A DNA stretch of 64,000 bases from an uncultured Chlorobiota bacterium (lineage in GTDB: Bacteria; Bacteroidota; Ignavibacteria; UBA10030; UBA6906). Below, one piece after another: positions 58,168 through 64,000 of this stretch; position 1 is the first letter of the stretch; every line of letters begins with the position of its first letter. The stretch spans positions 66,848 through 130,847 of the forward strand of contig CAADGV010000043.1 of the NCBI GenBank assembly GCA_900696645.1, given 5' to 3'. The translations under genes were made by a program, and so were the position numbers. A model generated the notes under the pieces. It worked only from the letters and a program-made list of their open reading frames with translations, was not told where the DNA came from and made no database searches.

Positions 58168-61100
58168 TTATTTCATCAACAACATCTTGCGTACCTGAAT
58201 GAACGCGGGCGAGCCACTTGTCGGCGTCGCTTCAATGCGCATCAGGTACACGCCCGTTGCCACGCGGGCATCCCATCGTACATCATAGAACCCGGCGGGC
58301 TGCACGGCGGCGACAAGCTGCTCAACTTCCTGCCCCAGTATGTTGAACACCTTCAGCGTCACCTTCGATTCAGCAGGCAACGCATACCGGATTGTGGTCG
58401 AAGGGTTGAAGGGATTCGGGTAGTTCTGTTCGAGCGCGAATGTCGTCGGCAGAGCCGCTACACCTTCAATGCTTGTCACGATATCAAGTCTCACCGGCAC
58501 GAACATGGGGGCGCCGGTGTTTCCTGTCAGCGTGAGCCGTGCGCGGTGGGTTCCCTGCGTCATCACGCCGGGATGAACCTGCACTTTCACGCTCATGCTG
58601 TCGGACGGGGCGAGCACGCCCTGCGTAACATCCGTTGAAAGCCACGGCACGGCGTCCCGCGTCAACAGAATGGCGAGATTGTTGTGCATATACGCCGCGC
58701 TGTTCACAACCTGCAACGCAATACTCCCTCCTGCATTCTCAATTCCAATAGTCGCAGAGGTAAGCGTTTGCTGCATGTTCTGATATTGATAAAGAACATC
58801 GCCCGACGGCTTGAGGATAATCTGGAACGTATAGAGTCCGGGCTCAGAAGTGCCGTAATGCGGCACGTTGGTGTACTGAACGATGAATCTGTTGTTGGCG
58901 ACATCGTGATAATAGTGCACGGTTCCGCTTGTACTCAGATCAAGATCGTCCCACCACGGATACAGCGCATTGTTCGGCTCTGCAGTCGAGGGAATGGCGC
59001 CGTTCAGGTACGCCGCCGAAGTCGAGGCAACGTCGAACCCGAGCCAGCCGTTTGTCACGACCTTCAGTGACGAGTAAGAGGTGCCGTAGAACGGGAATGC
59101 AAACGGCATCGATATTGTCACATACCCGTCGTCGGCACTGGGTGACCAACCTGTAATCTGTGTGCCGACGGTCGAGATATCCACCCAGTTGAATGTCGGA
59201 CCGCCCGGCTCGTCGCTGTCAATCCAGCGATAGCCGTATGCGTCAGGGCCGCCGCCACCTTTTATTGCAGGAGGATTGACGGCTTGCGCAACGCCCTTCG
59301 GGAGTTCGATAGTCGCCTGCTGTTCCATTGAGCGCAGTATGGAAGGCGACGTACCGACCAGCGATTCTTCTATTGTAAACCGCAACGTGTCGGTACCTGC
59401 GTTCTTTACTTTCATCATCTGAAATGTCGTATCGGCTGTGGGCTGTCGCGTGAACGCGAAAGAATCGGGCTGAACAACCATGAGCGCAATTCCACCGTGT
59501 CCGATCAGCGCAATGGCTGGAGAACTGCCGGCGTTCGAGATGAAACGTAGCGTGTCGTACAGCGTCCCCACCACAAGCGGCTTGAACTGCACGGTCAATC
59601 GTACGGTATCCTGCGGCCCGAGCGAGAAGCTGACCGGCGTTACGGAGAACCGCGCGTTAGTATGCGTAATGTTCGTGACGTTCAGCGTGCCTGTGCCGAG
59701 ATTTTGTACACGCACAAACTGCGTCGCCGAGTCGTTCAGTTGAACCGCCCCGAAATCCAATGAGGACGGCGTCGCGGAAATCAATGCGCCACCCGGGCGG
59801 GTCATCAAGAATTCAACTATGTTTTCCGTGAGTTTCTTTGCCGTTGTCGTGTCGGTAATGGCGGCAACGGAGAATGTCGTGAACACAATTTGTCCGACTG
59901 TGGGATCGGGTAGAGGATTGTACACAATAACCCCCGCCGTGTCGGGGCCTTGCGCTGCATATGTTGACCATCCGGCGATTTTCTTCGCATGCACGTCGCC
60001 GGGCTGCAACCTCATAGCATCCCTGTGTCCTATACCGCTGGTCGGGAACGGAACGGGACTTGAAATAACGTGAGGCGTTGTGAACACCGGATGCGATGGC
60101 ACAGTCACCGCTAAATTGGAACTGCTGACATCGCTGATCCAGTTGCTGTCGCGCAACACTTGACGGCGGAACGGCGGATCGAGGTCGGTTGTTGTGCCGC
60201 TCTTGCGGAAGACGTATCCAACTTCCCCGCCTTCGACCCAGATTTTTCCTCCGGATTGGCTGCGGCCCACCAACGCCGCCCGTTTGGCTGCATCTCCAAA
60301 AATGCCGCTCGTTTTGCTTCCTGCAGACCACACAACAACATCATAGTTCGCATAGCCTGTCGGATCGTGGGCGGCAAATGTTGCCGTATCCACCACAAAT
60401 CCAACTTCCGTCAGCGTACGGGCGATGAGACGCGAGCTGACGCCTTTCTGCGCCGCGGGACGTTCATCCATCCCTTTGTCGGATACAGCTTTTTCCTTCG
60501 TTGTCACGTCATCATCTACCACAAGAATAACTCCGCGTGCAGAGATGATGGCAAAACGATGGAAGCCTGTCGGCGGATTCGTCGCAAGATTTCCCGCAAC
60601 GGAACGATCACGTGCAACCACCTTGTATACAATAGTGTCGCCAACAACAACCTGATTCGTATCGAGCGGGAACGTCGCCTGATAATTGTCTCCCGTCGTA
60701 GGCACAAGCCCGAACGACCCGCTCAGGGAGCCGCGAAGGCGCATATAATCCACCCATACGGAATCAACGCCGAGGTTATCCGTTACTGTTGCGCGTACCG
60801 TTGCCGGCCAGCGCAACCTCGCCTGATCGCGCAGCGGCGTGTGTGTAATAACCGGAGGAATCACATCAGGTCCGGCAAGGAAACTGTGGAAGCTCCCCGG
60901 CGCTCCGGTCGGATGAGTTGCCGCTCCGCCACTGCTATCTTTCGCCGAGATATAGTACCGGTACGTTGCCTGGATTCCGTTTCCGGGAATTTGCGCCTGA
61001 TAGACGTTCGGCGTTCCCGTCAGTGTCATCTGCACGCTGTCGGTGAAAGTTCCCGTTCTCGTCCAGAACACTTTCAGGCTCGACGGAATGAGGGGTGATG

Positions 61101-62856
61101 ATCCCTGCACGATTGTCGCCGTGACGATATATGGGCCTGTCAGGTTCTCCGTATCGGTAAGTGGAGTATGGGAGATTTGCGGAACGTAGTTCGCAGGATT
61201 GATAAACCCTCTCACCCCGAACCAATAGACAATGGACTGAAGATGCGCGCCGCCGTACAAATTGCGGTCGGCCTGAATCACTGCTTCGGCATTCAGGGTC
61301 ATTGTTACGCCGCTGGCAGGAAGGTAGAAGTGACTTTGCAGAACAAGCTTGTCCATAACTTCCCGCCCGATCTCATTCCAGATGTACATAAGACTGGAGG
61401 ACCACATCTGGCCGTCGGTGTGAATTGCGCCGGTCAATCCTTCGGGATAATGAGGCGCGTAATTCAGAACACGTCCCGCCCAGAACGGATTGTGCCCGTC
61501 CCAATCAAATACCCAATAATAGGGAGGATTGGCGGGCTGCCAGTGTCCGAGACTGCGTGAGTATGACTCGGCCCAATAGTCACCAAATCCCTCACCTAAC
61601 GCCCCCTGCTGTCCCGACCCCGACCAGCCCGGCACCGTACCGTGATGAATAGCGTGGCCATATTCGTGCAACACAACGTCGGCATCTTCGGCATCATCAA
61701 CTCCCCCCTCACCGAATGTCAGCCGGTTTGTCGAAGGATAGTAGGCGGAGTTGTCCGCCCCGTTGAATCCATGCGGGTCGGCTTGAATGGAGTTGTTCTG
61801 GATGTTCGTGAAGCCGAGCGACTGAATATGCCGCTGTGATTGGTCGAGATGGAAATACACCATCACATCCTCAAACCCGTCCTGAAAGCGTGTATAGCGG
61901 AACGAATCGGGATGAGCAGCGGTAACCACAGGAGTACTCGGCGGATCCCAGTCAAACGGCGTCACGTACGGACCTTGCAGCCGGTACAACCCGCCGCTGA
62001 ATGTGATATCCCGTAGCGTGCGGAGCTTCCTCTCGGCATTGAGTTCAGGTGTATCGGCATCGTTGCCGTCCACATATCCCCCGGTGCCGTACGTTGCTCC
62101 CGCCGTCGAAAGCGGATCGGGATCGAACACCAAACCGCTTCCATCCACTTTCAGTACCTTGGAGTTTCCTCCCCCTTGTTCCGACGGACTGTGAAAGCAC
62201 GTCATATCTGTTACGCTGATGATTTCTCCGCTGCGGGCATCAACGAATACTTCCCAATCTCCTCTCGGCTCAAAAGCGGGAATGATGACGCGGTAGGCAA
62301 GCTTCGCCTGGCCTTTTTCAACCTTTACCATCAATGTTGAGGATTGCGGTCCATGCAATTCGCCGCGTACGCCCAAATGGTTTCGGGCGGATTGTGTTGC
62401 AGCTTCACCGCTCAACGCAGCAGTCATTGTCGGGATGGAAATTCCCGGCTTGTAGTTCGATGCGAAGAACTCGACATAATTCTTCCGATCAATACTGATT
62501 ACAATATCCGACTGATACACGGGAATGCCGTTGTATGTCTGATTGAAACGAACGTGATAGCCCGCCGGACTTTCCTGCACCATCGAGACTGCGAGATCGG
62601 AAAGATCGGATTTCATCTGAAAGCGCTGAAACTGGCTTCGCAGATATTCCTTCGCCATTGCTTCCGGCGTGCCGGTCAGGGGTCCATGTTTTACATTGGA
62701 CAACGTAAGCGGAACCGGAGGAGTATCGGTGTACACGCCTGTACCCTGCAGCTGCCCGCCCATTTTGCTCAGCGATTGGGCGGATGCAGTGCCGGAAACG
62801 CCGCACACCATCCCCGCAATCATCAAAGCAACAATGCTTCTGAACAGTGTTTTCAT
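58168..62856 (-). CDS. About 1560-aa T9SS cargo: FTP/PepSY propeptide + thermolysin/fungalysin-like (clan MA) metalloprotease + multiple Ig/beta-sandwich domains + C-terminal Por sorting domain
   Basis: Signal peptide MKTLFRSIVALMIAGMVCGVSGTASAQ (start at 62856); VVLHEYGHAIHHG...GALGEGFGDYWA zinc site; C-terminal [20 protein letters not shown]... Confidence 0.75.
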   Translation of the reverse strand: MKTLFRSIVALMIAGMVCGVSGTASAQSLSKMGGQLQGTGVYTDTPPVPLTLSNVKHGPLTGTPEAMAKEYLRSQFQRFQMKSDLSDLAVSMVQESPAGYHVRFNQTYNGIPVYQSDIVISIDRKNYVEFFASNYKPGISIPTMTAALSGEAATQSARNHLGVRGELHGPQSSTLMVKVEKGQAKLAYRVIIPAFEPRGDWEVFVDARSGEIISVTDMTCFHSPSEQGGGNSKVLKVDGSGLVFDPDPLSTAGATYGTGGYVDGNDADTPELNAERKLRTLRDITFSGGLYRLQGPYVTPFDWDPPSTPVVTAAHPDSFRYTRFQDGFEDVMVYFHLDQSQRHIQSLGFTNIQNNSIQADPHGFNGADNSAYYPSTNRLTFGEGGVDDAEDADVVLHEYGHAIHHGTVPGWSGSGQQGALGEGFGDYWAESYSRSLGHWQPANPPYYWVFDWDGHNPFWAGRVLNYAPHYPEGLTGAIHTDGQMWSSSLMYIWNEIGREVMDKLVLQSHFYLPASGVTMTLNAEAVIQADRNLYGGAHLQSIVYWFGVRGFINPANYVPQISHTPLTDTENLTGPYIVTATIVQGSSPLIPSSLKVFWTRTGTFTDSVQMTLTGTPNVYQAQIPGNGIQATYRYYISAKDSSGGAATHPTGAPGSFHSFLAGPDVIPPVITHTPLRDQARLRWPATVRATVTDNLGVDSVWVDYMRLRGSLSGSFGLVPTTGDNYQATFPLDTNQVVVGDTIVYKVVARDRSVAGNLATNPPTGFHRFAIISARGVILVVDDDVTTKEKAVSDKGMDERPAAQKGVSSRLIARTLTEVGFVVDTATFAAHDPTGYANYDVVVWSAGSKTSGIFGDAAKRAALVGRSQSGGKIWVEGGEVGYVFRKSGTTTDLDPPFRRQVLRDSNWISDVSSSNLAVTVPSHPVFTTPHVISSPVPFPTSGIGHRDAMRLQPGDVHAKKIAGWSTYAAQGPDTAGVIVYNPLPDPTVGQIVFTTFSVAAITDTTTAKKLTENIVEFLMTRPGGALISATPSSLDFGAVQLNDSATQFVRVQNLGTGTLNVTNITHTNARFSVTPVSFSLGPQDTVRLTVQFKPLVVGTLYDTLRFISNAGSSPAIALIGHGGIALMVVQPDSFAFTRQPTADTTFQMMKVKNAGTDTLRFTIEESLVGTSPSILRSMEQQATIELPKGVAQAVNPPAIKGGGGPDAYGYRWIDSDEPGGPTFNWVDISTVGTQITGWSPSADDGYVTISMPFAFPFYGTSYSSLKVVTNGWLGFDVASTSAAYLNGAIPSTAEPNNALYPWWDDLDLSTSGTVHYYHDVANNRFIVQYTNVPHYGTSEPGLYTFQIILKPSGDVLYQYQNMQQTLTSATIGIENAGGSIALQVVNSAAYMHNNLAILLTRDAVPWLSTDVTQGVLAPSDSMSVKVQVHPGVMTQGTHRARLTLTGNTGAPMFVPVRLDIVTSIEGVAALPTTFALEQNYPNPFNPSTTIRYALPAESKVTLKVFNILGQEVEQLVAAVQPAGFYDVRWDARVATGVYLMRIEATPTSGSPAFIQVRKMLLMK

Positions 62857-62894
62857 TCCACGTATTCCTTTTGACTGATTGATAGAATTGATTC

Positions 62895-64000
62895 TCACTT
62901 GATGAGAACCACTTTGCGTGTGGCAACAAGAGTTCTGTTGTTCTTCCCTCCGTCTTGTTGTTCCACAAACATTCGGATAAAGTAGAGTCCGCTGGAAGAA
63001 CCGGAAGGCCGCCAATCAACAGCGTACGAACCCGCCGGCTTCCATTCGTTGAGAAGTAACGCCACTTCACGTCCCAGCATATCAAACACTTTAATGTTGA
63101 CAACTCCACCGCCCGTAGCACCGATCGAGAACGGAATTCGCGTTGAAGGATTGAACGGATTGGGATAGCATTCTCCGAGTGATGTTTGAAGCGGAATTGC
63201 CTCCGGTTTCACGTCAACAGTGATTGAATCGAGATAGTCAATGCGCATCTCGTCAACATACCAGCCGCGATGATTCGTCAGCCAATCGCTCGCAAAGCGA
63301 AACCGGAAACGGACGCGATGGTTGGTGAACGCAGCAAGAGGGAAACCTGCCTCAACCCAGCCTGTCGAGTTGCCGGAATAGCCGGGCCCGCCGAGTGCGG
63401 CAATCGTCGCAAAGGGGTAGCCACCCTGTGGCATGAACAACTGAAAGGCGCCACTGTCAACCGAAACCCAGACGTTGCCGCCATCGTTGTTCGGCTCAAT
63501 TCGGTAGAGATGTGTGAACGTGAGCACGCCTTCGGCTTTGTTGGAAAGATCGAACGTTGGAGATTCAAGAATGGAATTCCGGTTGTTCGAGTAATTCCCC
63601 GCGAGATTCGTTGCCCACACACGCTGGCCCCGCGGCGGAGCCGGAATATCCGTTGTGCCGATCAAACCCCAACTCCAGTCGCCTGAACCTTCAAACCCGC
63701 CGTTCGTGTTTTCGAAATCCAGAAGGATCGAATTCAAGACTCTCCAACTGTACCACCCGGTTTCCGGCAATGTTGCCTGATTGCCCGAGAACGACCCATC
63801 CCTCGCATGAACGGCGTACTCAATGCGATCGCCGGGCACAAACGGCCCCGTAATGAACCCGCGCCACATATCTCCGCTTACCTGTTCCATTGTGTCAAGC
63901 CGGAGTGTTCCTCCATTCACTTTGTATTCAATCCACGCAAGCGAAATGCTGCTCTGGTCGGTGATGGTTGCTCTCACTTCGTACGGATTGTCAAGGTAAG
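62895..64000 (-). CDS. T9SS cargo protein, C-terminal part (N-terminus lies beyond the window end)
   Basis: Reading frame open to the window edge; MAM/jelly-roll-like WYVDEMRIDY; C-terminal [19 protein letters not shown]... Confidence 0.6.
   Translation of the reverse strand, partial: YLDNPYEVRATITDQSSISLAWIEYKVNGGTLRLDTMEQVSGDMWRGFITGPFVPGDRIEYAVHARDGSFSGNQATLPETGWYSWRVLNSILLDFENTNGGFEGSGDWSWGLIGTTDIPAPPRGQRVWATNLAGNYSNNRNSILESPTFDLSNKAEGVLTFTHLYRIEPNNDGGNVWVSVDSGAFQLFMPQGGYPFATIAALGGPGYSGNSTGWVEAGFPLAAFTNHRVRFRFRFASDWLTNHRGWYVDEMRIDYLDSITVDVKPEAIPLQTSLGECYPNPFNPSTRIPFSIGATGGGVVNIKVFDMLGREVALLLNEWKPAGSYAVDWRPSGSSSGLYFIRMFVEQQDGGKNNRTLVATRKVVLIK

Noticed and set aside
1-64000. Mobile element or genomic island boundaries
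   Set aside because: No integrase, transposase, direct-repeat-flanked tRNA insertion or phage genes were seen. tRNA-Met at 30211-30284 is followed by copA, not by an integrase.

Overview
This 64-kb chromosomal segment is almost entirely coding, and most genes lie on the minus strand. No transposase, integrase, CRISPR array or rRNA was seen. Six proteins end in the type IX secretion (T9SS) C-terminal sorting domain ([10 protein letters not shown]...). Together with an exbB-exbD-exbD-tonB-PstS-like-TPR operon, this points to an FCB-group bacterium (Bacteroidota / Ignavibacteriota / Chlorobi-like). That placement is inference, not a database result. Content from left to right: a tRNA-Thr/Tyr/Gly array (minus strand); a CusF-like/SCO1 fusion lipoprotein; a GH13 amylase; two tandem DUF1624 membrane proteins; a receiver-only response regulator; an hpnC-hpnD-hpnE-like three-enzyme squalene-synthesis trio; an Smr protein; a SufT-like protein; a lipoprotein preceded by a 22-unit pentanucleotide microsatellite; a tilS-hpt-ftsH block extended by a CTP-dependent kinase-like and a deoxyribosyltransferase-like gene; a sigma-less partner-switching module (RsbW-like kinase, STAS, two PP2C/SpoIIE phosphatases, one a 1056-aa Y_Y_Y propeller sensor); a 1472-aa T9SS cargo protein with beta-helix, vWA and metzincin-like motifs; tRNA-Met(CAT); copZ-copA with an HMA-AraC regulator; a T9SS S1/P1 nuclease; a NUDIX CoA pyrophosphatase; an ECF sigma factor; aminopeptidase N; the TonB operon; an NtrC-type two-component system; a tight four-gene operon CotH(T9SS, lamin-tail domain)-HlyD-like-VTC/CYTH-DUF4956; a Spy/CpxP-like protein; a stand-alone E2 acyltransferase domain; HigB/HigA; a 1.6-kaa M4/M36-like T9SS metalloprotease; and a partial T9SS protein running off the 3' end. 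The most interesting candidate for an uncharacterised system is the CotH-VTC-DUF4956 operon. The ORF track uses TTG/GTG starts and reports them as M, so several start coordinates below were re-derived by hand.
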